A stretch of 64,000 nucleotides of DNA from Octopus sinensis (taxonomy: Eukaryota). This document shows positions 25,835 to 39,425 of the stretch, piece after piece. Positions within the stretch are counted from its first letter, which is position 1. The number at the start of each line of letters is the position of its first letter. The stretch spans positions 18,352,001-18,416,000 of the forward strand of contig NC_043002.1 of the NCBI RefSeq assembly GCF_006345805.1. The letters are read 5' to 3'. Both the position numbers and the translations under genes were made by a program. The notes beneath the pieces were generated by a model. It was not told where the DNA came from, searched no databases, and saw only the letters and a program-made list of their open reading frames with translations.

Positions 25835-25872
25835 CAGTACCGGTTTCAGTCATTTTGAGACCTTTTCAACTG
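25835..25872 (-). ncRNA. Type-I hammerhead, U3-A8 variant (left arm)
   Basis: rc identical to 25986-26023. Confidence 0.75.
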
Positions 25873-25985
25873 TAACGATTAAATAATTAAATTTAGAAAA
25901 ATTTAGGAATATTTGAACACTATACAAATATTCCTTTAAAAAGACATTTCTTTTAATTTTTCTAAATTTAATTATTTAATCGATA

Positions 25986-26023
25986 CAGTTGAAAAGGTCT
26001 CAAAATGACTGAAACCGGTACTG
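25986..26023 (+). ncRNA. Type-I hammerhead, U3-A8 variant (right arm)
   Basis: CAG-TTGAAAA-GGTC TCAAAAT GACT-GAAACCGGTA^CTG; palindromic stem III ACCGGT; GUA triplet. Confidence 0.75.
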
Positions 26024-26170
26024 AAATGTTCTTTATAAAATTATTTTAGCATTTTCTATTTTGACTTATTTTTTCATATATATCAACTCGTGTGTTCCTT
26101 TTCATCCTTATACATATATATATAGAGAGAGAGAAGGTGGAAAAGTAACACACGAGTTGGTGTGGTGTTT

Positions 26171-27188
26171 ATATCTTCACAGATATGGTATGTTACAAAG
26201 AAATAAATATTTTGGGAGAGAGAAAGAAGTCGTTCCGCCAGTTTCGAGAGAACAACAGATACAATTTGGCGTCCTTGAGACTTATCAATAACGCGTACGC
26301 GCTTGTAGCGTGCCTAAACTTAAATGAACAACAGTATTCTTGTTAACGGTGTATTTCTGTTAAGTATGATATATATATACATATATATGTATAGGCACAT
26401 GAGTGGCTGTGTGGTAAGTAGCTTGCTAACCAACCACATGGTTCCGGGTTCAGTCCCACTGCGTGGCATCTTGGACAAGTGTCTTCTGCTATAGCCCCGG
26501 GCCGACCAATGCCTTGTGAGTGGATTTAGTAGACGGAAACTGAAAGAAGCCTGTCGTATATATGTATATATATGTATATGTCACTTAGCGGTTCGGCAAA
26601 AGAGACCGATAGAATAAGCACTGGGCTTACAAAGAATAAGTCCCGGGTCGATTTGCTCGACTAAAGGCGGTGCTCCAGCATGGCCGCAGTCAAAATGACT
26701 GAAACAAGTAAAAGAGTAAAAAAGACCAAAGAGTATATATGTGTGTGTGTGTGTAGAAAGAGAGAGAGAGCACGGGAGTATATCTAAATTTTCTTGTTCC
26801 TTTTTTTAATCGAACACGATAAGCATTTTTATATTTGTGCCATTAAGTGACTTTTATAAAATATTACTGCTTTCGATTGGTATATCCAACGTATCAAAAT
26901 TTGAACGTCAAGAATTAGGAAATTTAAATTAAAGTTTAGAAATCAAAACAGCTTGTTCTTATCTTTTTTGAGTAGTTACGAACATGTTTCGTCCGAGAGA
27001 AAATATGTATCTTCACAGATATGGTATGTTAAAAAGAAAAAATATATTGGGAGAGAGAAAGAAGTCGTTCAGCCAGATACGTTTTGGCCATCTTGAGACT
27101 TGTCAATAACGCGTACGCGCTTGTAGCGTGCCTAAACTTAAATGAACAACAGTATTCTTGTTAACGGTGTATTTCTGTTAAGTATGAC
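26171..27188 (+). repeat. Direct duplication of ~190 bp (26171-26369 and 27008-27188)
   Basis: Shared TCAATAACGCGTACGCGCTTGTAGCGTGCCTAAACTTAAATGAACAACAG... Confidence 0.9.
26394..26730 (+). mobile_element. Family-B SINE, internally deleted
   Basis: Matches the 4920 copy. Confidence 0.9.
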
Positions 27189-27395
27189 ACAGATGGTTAT
27201 TTTGATCACGGTTCATTTTGTCTGCTTTATGAAACAGTATTCACACAACTATGACATTCTGAAACATCTTCAGATAGCCGCTAGTTATAATAGCTATGCG
27301 TGTCCAATCTAGCGTGATTCAAGATATTGAATCAGTTTTAATACTCGTTTTGCTAGAACCAATTCTATACATTAATACATGCACCACTATTGAGT

Positions 27396-27695
27396 GGAGG
27401 CACATGGTCTAGTGGTTAGAGCAGCGGACTCGCGGTCGAGGGATCGCGGGTTCGAATCGCAGACCGGGCAATGTGTGTGTTTATGAGCGAAATACATAAG
27501 TTCCACGCGGCTTCGGCAGAAGGTAATGGCGAAACTCTGCAGACTCTTTCGCCACAACTTTCTCTCACTCTTTCCTCCTGCATCTTGCAGCTCACCTGCG
27601 ACGGACCGGCGTCCCGTCCAGGTAGGGAACCTATACGCCAAGGGAACCAGGAAACCGGCCCTTATGAGCCGGGCGTGGATCGAGAAGGAACAAAT
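27396..27695 (+). mobile_element. tRNA-SINE family D
   Basis: TGGTCTAGTGG A box, GGTTCGAATC B box; second copy at 45820. Confidence 0.85.
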
Positions 27696-28169
27696 AACAA
27701 AACCACTATTGACAAGAAATCCTCTTCCCAAATGCATATTTCGTTATCTACAAGGAAATTCAGTATCAGTTCTTTAACATAATAGTGATCGTATTTAAGT
27801 TCCGTTGAGCAAGACCATTATGTCAATGCCCCCGTCGATGGACACACGTGAGGATTTCTACGATTTTGGTTTGAGGACATCGATGACTATATCGCTCTTA
27901 CAGCCTGTGTCACGTCATCAAGATGAGACGACAGCATTTATAAGTAGTTAACAAGCTTATAGTCAGCAAAGCAACATTAATTGCTGTCTTTAGAACATAA
28001 TTTATTTATGTATATATGTGTCTATTTCGATATGTCTACTTATAGTTTCATATTTGCTTGAGTGTGTATGTGGGTGCGCGTGTGTATGGATGTATTCTCT
28101 AATATATGTAAGAGTTTATATTTGTATTGACTAATGTTCTGGTATTATATATTTAAAACACTTTGATAT

Positions 28170-29375
<1,206 letters not shown>

Positions 29376-29639
29376 ACACGTTGCTTAGATTTGCCAATAA
29401 AACTCTAAACATGATTTACGTATTTCATAATTCAATAGTGACGTCAATGGTTTGACTGAGATACTAATTAGTAACTTATAAAATGCTGCGTAAATGTACC
29501 TAAGCGCACTCACTTACACACGTACATACATACACAGATACTTACATACGTCTAAAGACGAATACACTGACACCTATTCGGACACATGTGAATAGACGTT
29601 TCTGTTTGTATGAGCGTGTGAATATTTGTGTGTATGCAT

Positions 29640-29940
29640 GGTGTAATTGAAATAGTATTGACAAGAAGGACTTCCAGGAAAACTTTTGAGACAGAAGAAA
29701 CTACGGAAGAGAAAATGAAAGAGATCATAGCTTCGGTGCAGAACCCACGGGATGGTTAAAGAACAAAGGGATGTCGGATGAAAATGATAGCAGCTTGTTA
29801 GATATCGTGGCCAATGTATTCGTGATACTTAAGATGAGAGTGTGTGGCCCAAGTTGTGGTGTCGGATTAAGAATCCAATGTATCGATGGAGCATAAGAGA
29901 AAATAGAGCAAGAGAAGCTCTTGTAGAGCAAGTTCTGAAA
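29640..29940 (-). pseudogene. Decayed LINE RT fragment
   Basis: QLGPHTLILSITNTL..SNKLLSFSSDIPLF resembles RT motifs B-C. Confidence 0.4.
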
Positions 29941-29992
29941 ACTGAAGTCAGTTTAGTTACAAATTCTTCGGTGGTGTTCTATGTACTTGCAT

Positions 29993-30411
29993 TTCTTATT
30001 TCTTTATTGCCCACAAGAGGCTAAACATAGAGGAGACAAACAAGGACAGACAAACGGATTAAGTCGATTATATCGACCCCAGTGCGTAACTGGTACTTTA
30101 TTTATCGACCCCGAAAGGATGAAAGGCAAAGTCGACCTCGGCGGAATTTGAACTCAGAACGTAACGGCAGACAAAGTACCTATTTCTTTACTACCCACAA
30201 GGGGCTAAACACAGAGGGGACAAACAAGTACAGACAAAGGTATTAAGTCGATTACATCGACCCCAGTGCGTAACTGGTACTTATTTAATCGATCCCGAAA
30301 GGATGAAAGGCAAAGTCGACCTCGACGGAATTTGAACTCAAAACGTAACGGTAGACGAAGTACCGCTAAGCATTTCGCCCGGCGTGCTAACATTTCTGCC
30401 AGCTCGCCGCC
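29993..30411 (-). mobile_element. Family-A SINE dimer within a single TSD
   Basis: TATGTACTTGCAT on both sides of the dimer. Confidence 0.9.
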
Positions 30412-31229
30412 TTATGTACTTGCATCTCTGGCTTATCTTCGACAATGTGGTAAGAGTAATTCTGCTAATTGTTATCGTTGGAACATGGTCTTATAGAATA
30501 TTCTGTAGAATATGTCTAGTAGCGTGTACCTCTTTTGAATGTATTACTTCTTCATCATCATCAACAACAACAACATTCTTGGACATTACTGTCTCGTGGC
30601 CTAGGAATCAGAGTATGTTACTAAGTTTCCATGGTGTACGAGTGACCGACTCCACAGCATTCCCTCTGAACGAAAAGTCAATCCGTTTCAGGGTTACTCA
30701 TTTAAGCTGTGTGGACTGGAACAACATGAAATGAAATGTTTGGCTAAAGAACACAAACGCATCACCCAGTCCAGTAGTCATAACTACGATCTTGTGATCG
30801 TGAATGCAATGCCCCAACCACTAGGCCATGCGTCTCCATTTTTTTCTGTACACTAAAAAAACTATGCAATAGCATCAATGCAATAAAAATAAACATTAAT
30901 TTACACCCGGTATTTTCCGCAACGGGTAGGGCGATGAAGGACAACTTCCAATACAAAGAAAACACGAGACTCGGACAGATAAATGATGTTAGAAACCGGA
31001 ATGTTGTAATAGGAGTACTTTAGAAGGAAGCGCTCGTGTTCTTATGCTATATTACCTCGACAAATCAACTTTTTTTCCTTTTACCAAGAATAATATTTTT
31101 TCCAATTTCTTTACCATATCTAAACGTTTAAAAAAAAACTTGGTCACCTATATTTTTAATTGTATTTATTGTTCACCATTTTTCTTTTTTTTTTTACTCG
31201 GTAACAACTTGTCAAAGAAGGATCTAATT

Positions 31230-31920
31230 TTTCTAGCGAAGTAACATTCCAGATGGGGTATTAGGATTAAGTATTACAAGGTACAGTCTGAGAAATTGTT
31301 GACGTACTAGTTCATCCATTACTTCATTGTTCGCCTTTTTTAGGCCCTCTTAAAAGTATCGACAAAATGTTCCACTCGTTCATTTGACCTAGGATGATAC
31401 GGAGGAGTGATTAAATGTTCGATAACGAACATTTTACAAAACTTTTTTGACTCGTCTGAAGTAAGCTGAGTTCCATTATCAGACACAATGTTATCATGAA
31501 TACTAAATCTAGCGAACAATTCGTGTAAAAAACTAACTGTGACAGGGGATGTCGAATTTTTACACTTATGCACTTCAGGCCACTTAGAAAACCTGTCCGC
31601 CACAACAAGGTAGAAACTGTTAAGAGGCCCTGCATAATCAACGTGCAGTCTGGACCATAAAACATCTGTTTTTTGGCCACGGTTGCCATTTTGTGGTAGG
31701 TGATTTTACTGCTAGCGCACAACCTCTACATGCTTTCACAAGTTCTTCAAAGTCACAGTCCATTCTTGACCAATATCCATAACTTCTCAATAACGATTTC
31801 ATTCCCGAAATCCCTAGGTGACAAATGAGAAATTCCTTTTGCAATCGCTTCTGTAGTGTGGCTGGCACTACGACTCTTTGTGCGCAGATTAACACATTAT
31901 CACAAATTGGAAGCATGTTC
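31230..31920 (-). pseudogene. Gypsy-type LTR retrotransposon integrase fragment
   Basis: HLGISGMK..CRGC zinc-binding region; VSDNGTQL, PPYHPRSNERVEHFVDTFK catalytic core; frameshifted. Confidence 0.9.
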
Positions 31921-32239
31921 GAATTTATGTTGCGTTTAGCAAAACAAATATTTTCAGTTGAAATCTTAATTGCAAAGAACTTTCAAAACCACATTTTGAT
32001 GAAAAAAATGAAAATTTGGAATTTTTAAGAATTTTCTTGACAGTGTAGACTTTAATGATTGATTTTTTTTTTGTAAAAGTTACATTCTCATAACTAATTA
32101 ATAAGAAACTTACTTTAATTATAGTAGATGTAGTAGATGTTCTGTTTCGTGTAATATTTTTATAGTTTTACTAATTCAAAGCCAGTCTTCAAGTAACTGA
32201 GCATCATCTTGGAAACTCTTGGAAATGTTGCTTTCAAAG

Positions 32240-32500
32240 TTTGGCATAAGGCCAGCAATTTCGGGGAGGAGATAAGTCGATTAAATCAATGCTATTGCTC
32301 AACTGCTACCTACTTTATCGACCCCAAAACGATGAAAGACAAAGTTGTCTTCGGCGGAATTTGAACTCAAAACGTTGAGACAGATGAAATGCCACAAATC
32401 CTTTTGCACGGCATGCTAACATCTCTGCCAACAATTAAAGCAATATCACAAGGCAATATCACAATTTACTAACTGCTTCAAACGATTCTGCCAGCTCACC
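32240..32500 (-). mobile_element. Diverged family-A SINE
   Basis: GGCGGAATTTGAACTCA and central domain. Confidence 0.75.
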
Positions 32501-32841
32501 CCGCTCCCTGCTTTCATTACACAATATTACAAAGATGTACTATTTTACGAATATAATAATCAATGCATTTTATTTTTCAATCACTAATATTTCGATCTTT
32601 TCCCAAAAGTAACCGATCTAAATTTAAACATAAAAGTATGCATTTTATAATGCTTCTCATTATATTATAACGCCAACAAATCATCATTTGGTCGAACAAA
32701 TCATCATTAGGAATCAAAACATGTGCGTATGTTTATATTTATATTTATAGCTGTGTGTGTGTATGTATGAATGTTTATATATATATATATATATAATATA
32801 TATATATATATACATATATATGTATACAAACATACATATAA

Positions 32842-32902
<61 letters not shown>

Positions 32903-33328
32903 AGTATAGACCTATTCTTATTAAATATTATCAACAACATATGTATTGTAGGTTATGAATATAATATCAAAACGAAATAAAAAGAAAAAAAGATGCAATT
33001 TTTTTAAAAACTACCCAAAAATAATTTTGTAATTATAACATATTCTCATTAATAAAATATAAAGTTATTGAAAATAATACATTGAGTATTTATGTGTGAA
33101 ACAAGTTGAAATTTTCTATAATGATAAATATCTTTGATTATTTTAAAGTAAACAAATTGAGATTGTAATATCAATCATGGGTCCTTTATAACTATATTCT
33201 TTATTTATATATTTATGAAACACTTATATATATTCATGTGCGTGTGCGTATATGCGTGTGCATGTGCATGTACGTGTGCGCTGTGTGTATGTGAGAGAGA
33301 GAGAGAGAGAGAGAGTGTGTGTGTGTGT

Positions 33329-33366
<38 letters not shown>

Positions 33367-33728
33367 GTTGCATAGCCTAGTAGTCAGATTGTTTTTCTCA
33401 TGGTCATATGATTATAAGGAAAGCAGTTCAATTTCTAGACTGGGCAATACGCTGTGTCTTTGAGCTAAAACCTCTCCGCCCATCTTTCAAAACCTGGATG
33501 TTCTGCTAGATCAAGAGTTAGAGGGCTGAGAAGGTATCTATGTCAGCTAACGGCCTCCTAAGCACCTAAAACGCAAATTTAACGAAAGCATGGTACATGT
33601 TACTAGTTCATATCCGCTTGCGAGTGATGGTTGAGTTTATAGATACGCACGCACGCGCACGCACACACACACACATATATATATTTATATATTTATTTAT
33701 TTATTTATTTATATTTATATATAATGAA

Positions 33729-34059
33729 GGCGCATGGCTCAGTGGTTAGAGCGTCGAGCTTACGATCGTGAGGTTGTGAGCTTGGATCCCGGACCGGGCT
33801 GCGTGTTGTGTTCTTGAGCAAGACACTTTATTTCACGTTGCTCCAGTTCACTCAGCTGTAGAAATGAGTTGCAACGTTACAGGTGCCAAGTTGTACCGGC
33901 CTTTGCCTTTCCCTTTATAATACTGGTGGCGTGGAGAGGGGAGGCCGGTATGCATGGGCGACTGCTGGTGTTCCATAAATAACCTAGCCCGGACTTGTAC
34001 CTGGGAGGGTAACTTTCTAGGTGCCATCCCATGGTCTGTGTCGTGACCGAAGGGGGTCT
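33729..34059 (+). mobile_element. tRNA-SINE family C
   Basis: TGGCTCAGTGG A box; CTTGAGCAAGACACTT; TCACTCAGCTGTA; second copy at 60880 (-). Confidence 0.85.
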
Positions 34060-34060
34060 T

Positions 34061-34131
<71 letters not shown>

Positions 34132-34312
34132 TGTATGTATGTATATGTATTTTTAAAGAGCTAAAAAAAACACTATGTGGTCAGCCATATACTAGAAGTA
34201 GATCACCTACGATCAAACTACAAAGAAAAGAATGTTCTCTAGAGAAAAATTCAGCAGACACCAGAACAATATGCGGGCAAGACAGATGAAAATTATATAA
34301 AAAACAAGAATT

Positions 34313-34392
34313 AATCGCTGACCAGCGGTTTCGCCTATTAACGAATAAATTACTTATGCAACCCTTCGTCCGTAGGACTCGTCAGTGCGATC
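34313..34392 (-). ncRNA. Type-I hammerhead with extended stem II (copy 1)
   Basis: rc: GATCGCA-CTGACGA-GTCCTA..ACGAAGGGTTGC ATAA GTAATTTATTCGT..TAGGC-GAAA-CC GCT GG-TC^AGCGATT; intact core. Confidence 0.85.
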
Positions 34393-34402
34393 GTTCCACA
34401 AG

Positions 34403-34457
<55 letters not shown>

Positions 34458-34638
34458 TGTATGTATGTATATGTATTTTTAAAGAGCTAAAAAAAACACT
34501 ATGTGGTCAGCCATATACTAGAAGTAGATCACCTACGATCAAACTACAAAGAAAAGAATGTTCTCTAGAGAAAAATTCAGCAGACACCAGAACAATATGC
34601 GGGCAAGACAGATGAAAATTATATAAAAAACAAGAATT

Positions 34639-34718
34639 AATCGCTGACCAGCGGTTTCGCCTATTAACGAATAAATTACTTATGCAACCCTTCGTCCGTA
34701 GGACTCGTCAGTGCGATC
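34639..34718 (-). ncRNA. Type-I hammerhead with extended stem II (copy 2)
   Basis: Same sequence as copy 1. Confidence 0.85.
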
Positions 34719-34728
34719 GTTCCACAAG

Positions 34729-34774
<46 letters not shown>

Positions 34775-35237
34775 CGCCGCCTTACACAGCATATATTCAT
34801 TTCGTAAGGTGGATGTCAGAATCGTGAGCACACAAAGGAAAATGCTTTGCGGGATTTCATGCGTCTATATGTTCTCAGTTTAAATTCCGCCGAGGTCGAC
34901 TTTGGCTTTCGTCCTTTCAAGAACTATATAATAAGTACCAGTATACCACCGGGGTTATAGGACGAAAGGCAAAGTTGATCTTGTAGGATTTGAACTGTGA
35001 GGGAATAAAGCCAATCTGTTCGACGTTCTAATAAGTCTACCAGTTGGCTGCCTTACACGGATATATACACAATTGCACATACACACACACACAAACAAAA
35101 CAAACACACACACACACATATATATATACATACACATACACACAAATAAATACGCATAAATAGAAGCTTATACGGTGTTCTCTTAATCTCACACCATTTG
35201 TAACAGTGAAATTAACTACACTAATACTCATCCGACC

Positions 35238-36037
35238 TCACACACACACACACACAGAGAGGCACACAGAGGCACACAGACACACACACACGCTTGCACA
35301 CAGATACACACATACACACATACACACATACATACACACACATGCACACTCATACACACACAGAGACAAACACACACACACGCACACACAAACACACACA
35401 TGCACGCATGCACGCTCGCACACACATACACACATACATACACACACATCCACACACACACACACACACTCAGACAAACACACACACACGCACACACAAA
35501 CACACACATGCTTGCATACACATACACACACACACAGATAAACACACGCATACAAAATTATATACATACAGAAACACACACAAATACACACATGTACGCA
35601 TACACGCTCGCACATACATACACACACATGCACACTCATACACACACAGAGACAAACACACACACTCACGCACAGACAAACACATACACGCACGCATGCA
35701 CGCTCGCACAGATACACACACACACACACAAACACACACATACAGAAACACACACAAACACATACATGCACGCATGCACGCTCGCACACACATACACACA
35801 TACATACACACACCCACAAACAAACACACGCATACAGAAACATATACATACAAAAACACACACAGACAAACACACAAACACACACACACATACAGAAACA
35901 CACACAGACACACACATACAGAAACACTCAAACACACACACACATACAGAAACACACACAAACACACACATACAGAAACACACAATCACACACACACATA
36001 CATACACAGACACAGAAGCACATCGTCACACACATAC
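35238..36037. repeat. CA-rich compound minisatellite with higher-order units
   Basis: Recurrent CATACAGAAACACACAC and GCACGCATGCACGCTCGCAC. Confidence 0.9.
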
Positions 36038-37092
36038 CTGAACGTGTTATTCCCCTTACGTGCACAAACGTATTTCCATCAATAACGTTGCCGCTAAATC
36101 ATTTCGTGCACCCGGAGTTTGGGATGACATGATTTAGAAATAAATCACTTTAGCGTGGTTTAGCATCGACTTTGGCAAAGCTGATTAACCATTCCCTTAT
36201 CTCCACTTCCTCCCTGGACATCCATTACCTTTCTCTTCTTTCTATTTTTTTTTAGCAGGAATGGCGTGGATGTAGGTTCTGTTAATCGATGGCGTCTTAG
36301 TCGAGGACTCAATGTGCTATGTCATCAGTAACCATGTATAAACACACTTTATAGACACCTGTAGTGTGATACTGCGATAATAGAGTTGTGGGTCGGTGTC
36401 AGCTTTGCGTGTATACGTGTGTATGTGTGTGTGCGCGCGTATGTGTACGTGAGTATGTGTAAGTATTTATGTGTGTACATCTATATGTGTATCTATGTGT
36501 GTATATATCGAAGAAGATGGATATGTGTGGAGCGAAAGGAGTGAAAGGTGTAGCGACATTTGTACGTGCGTATCTACGAATATTCTGTTATTTCTGTATA
36601 TACGTACACATAGAGAGAGAGAAAGACAGAGAGAGACAGAGAGACACAGAGAGAGACAGAGAGACACAGAGAGACAGAGAGAGAGAGAGAGATCTGTGCA
36701 CACTTATGAATGTGTATGCACAGTCTAATGAAAACAAAATTATCGTGACAAATTTGTAAACTTCGTGCTTACAGGTGCAACTCAGAGTAACAAGTGGCTG
36801 ACTCATCTTAAATAAAATATCATTAATCACTACCAAATTATTGAGTACAGGTTTCCGACACTTGATACTAAGCAGATGTGTGTGTGTGTTGTGTGTTGTG
36901 TGTTGTGTGTGTGTGTGTGTGTGTGTCTGTGTCTGTGTGTGCGTGTCTGTGTCTGTGTTTGTATGTGTGTGTGTGTGTGTGTGTTTTTGTGTATGTCTGT
37001 GTACGTGTATGTGCGTATATACAAACATAAGCATACACCACACATGGATTATAAATCCGTCTTGATCATTTTGTTCTGATTCAGATATATAT

Positions 37093-37925
37093 ACAGGATG
37101 ATATGGGTAAGTTGTTGCCATATTATATTCTAAATTTATCGAATGTGTATTGTTTGTGTTTGATTTTGCCGACTACACAGTATAGTAGGGTCAGTTGGGT
37201 AGTCTGTGAGAAAAACATCACCACGACGCAGTTCACTCTGCCAGAAATTTGGAAACTACATGCTGTACTGCTTGGCATTCGCGCCAGAAACGCCAATACG
37301 AATATTTCAGAGTGTTTGGGTGTCAATATTAGGGCAGTGCAAACTGAGCACCTGTCCTGAATGTGATAAAAATCAAACATCCAGTTAACATCATCATAGT
37401 ATTTAGAGTGATAACTAGTGATGGCGACGTTCATCTTCCACTTCAATTGCTTAGAGGAGGTAACGCAGCCCTGGGCCAAGAGGGTGGCTGCTGGAAGGCC
37501 CTACATCTGGCATTCAGTTCATCTTTGGTGTTACTAAGAGTTTTGTTGGTCTCTCGCTCAACTGCTCCCCACAGATAATAAACAAGAGGACTGCAGTCTG
37601 TGGAGTTAGATGGCCAGATGTTAGGGATGACATGGTCGCAGAAATTGTCTGATAGCAAAAGGCTGGGTTCTCCTGTTTGTGTGGCATGGTACAGAGTCCT
37701 ACTGCCAGACACATGGCCTTCCAGCAACCAACGTCTTGACCAAGGGCAACACTACCTCCTCCAGGTACTTGATGTATGTCTACGTACTGAGTTTGCGGCC
37801 GTGTGGGAAGAAGAACTGAGGCATAACGTCGCCATCACTAGTAATCACTCCAATCACCATGATATTTACTGGATGTTTGGGAATAATTTGCAGTTTTTTG
37901 TTCCGGTTTTGCATGTTCTGAAGAC
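37093..37925. mobile_element. maT/Tc1-like remnant, rearranged (+ strand to ~37510, then - strand)
   Basis: Homologous to 2420-3220; WPSNSTDCSPLVYYLWGAVE on the minus strand. Confidence 0.8.
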
Positions 37926-38077
37926 AAAACTCACTCTAATCCATTGATAGATTGAGTAGAGTATTCCGAGTGTGGGTGAATAAGAAATTCGTAACAAGAC
38001 ATCAAAGTTAAAAGAAATACGTCTTATGTAGAGGCAATCAAAAGGTGCAAAATGCTCAGCAGATACAGATGTTGAAG

Positions 38078-38220
38078 GCAATGATAATGACGGTGACGAT
38101 GATAGTGATGATGCTGATGGTGATGATGATGATTAAGATGACGTTGATGACGATGATGATCATCATCATCATGATGACGATGATGAAGATGATGATGATG
38201 ATGATGAAGAAGATGCTGCT

Positions 38221-38251
<31 letters not shown>

Positions 38252-38390
38252 ATGATGATAATGACGATGATGATGATGATGATGATGATGAATGATGATG
38301 ATGATGAAGATGCTGCTGCTGCTGCTGATGATGATGATAATGCTCATGATGATGACGATGATTAAGATGACGTTGATGATGATGATGATA

Positions 38391-38428
<38 letters not shown>

Positions 38429-38700
38429 GATAATGAGTGGGACGACAGCAACGATGATGATGGTGATGATGATTAGGAGGAGGAGGGGGGTTCGACGACC
38501 ATGACCATGCTCTAGAGGAGGATAATGATGATGTTGACGACGACGACGATGGCGGCGGCAACGACGGCAACGACGGCAACGACGATGATTTCTGACGATG
38601 ACGACGATGATGATGGTGAAGTTGATAGTGAAGATGATGACGACGACGATGGTGATAACGACGAGGACGCTGAGGACAACGACGGCAACGACGATGAAAG
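38078..38700. repeat. (GAT)n/(GAC)n/(GCT)n trinucleotide tract
   Basis: Direct reading. Confidence 0.95.
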
Positions 38701-39014
38701 AAAATAAACGGCAAAATTTGCTGCTGGAAACACTTTCAGACTCACAATACTTTTGTTGGCTTAATAATTCAGGAAATGGGTCCCTTTATAGCCGAAATTC
38801 AAATCCCGCCAAACGTTTACTTCCCATTGGCATCATTTAGTGCCTAATAACGTAAGATAATTGCCAATAATATACTGGCACCAATCCCAAAAATTATAAG
38901 ACTTCCGCTAAAGATGAGCTGCATTGTGCGTAATAGTCGGAAAGTAATATATTTTTATTAACATCATAAATTTGTCTTTTGAGAGATGGCGTTGCTATTC
39001 AACAGATGTTGGCG

Positions 39015-39048
39015 TATGTGTGTGTGTGTGTGTGTGTGTTTATATATA

Positions 39049-39089
<41 letters not shown>

Positions 39090-39161
39090 TATATATAATA
39101 CATATATATATATATGTTTAAATATATATATATACATATTCTTATATATATACACATATAC

Positions 39162-39220
<59 letters not shown>

Positions 39221-39425
39221 AACACGCATACATATACACATAGATACAGATAAATATAAAGATTGATATACATATATGCGCTTGTATAAATAGACAGATG
39301 CGCATACAAACAAACATGCATACATACATACATATATATATATACATACATACATACATACATACATACATACATACATACATACATACATACATACATA
39401 CATACATACGTACATGCATACATAC
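39015..39425. repeat. (TG)/(TA)/(TACA) microsatellites
   Basis: Direct reading. Confidence 0.95.

Larger units (their letters stand above)
25772..26083. repeat. Near-perfect palindrome (25772-25905 / 25953-26083) with TA-repeat ends and one hammerhead per arm
   Basis: Arms are reverse complements; spacer has hairpin GGAATATTTG..CAAATATTCC. Confidence 0.95.
34066..34770 (-). mobile_element. Tandem dimer of a 326-bp hammerhead-containing unit bounded by (TA)n (retrozyme/PLE pseudo-LTR-like)
   Basis: AAAGAGCTAA at 34155 and 34481; unique parts appear identical. Confidence 0.8.

Noticed and set aside
29549-29598. Hammerhead (CTAAAGA-CGAATA..TATTCG-GACACATGTG)
   Set aside because: Good stem II but three core lesions and no adjacent stem I; too degenerate to call
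38024-38745. His/Asp/Ser-rich protein exon
   Set aside because: Trinucleotide repeat open in several frames on both strands, with no domain or splice support
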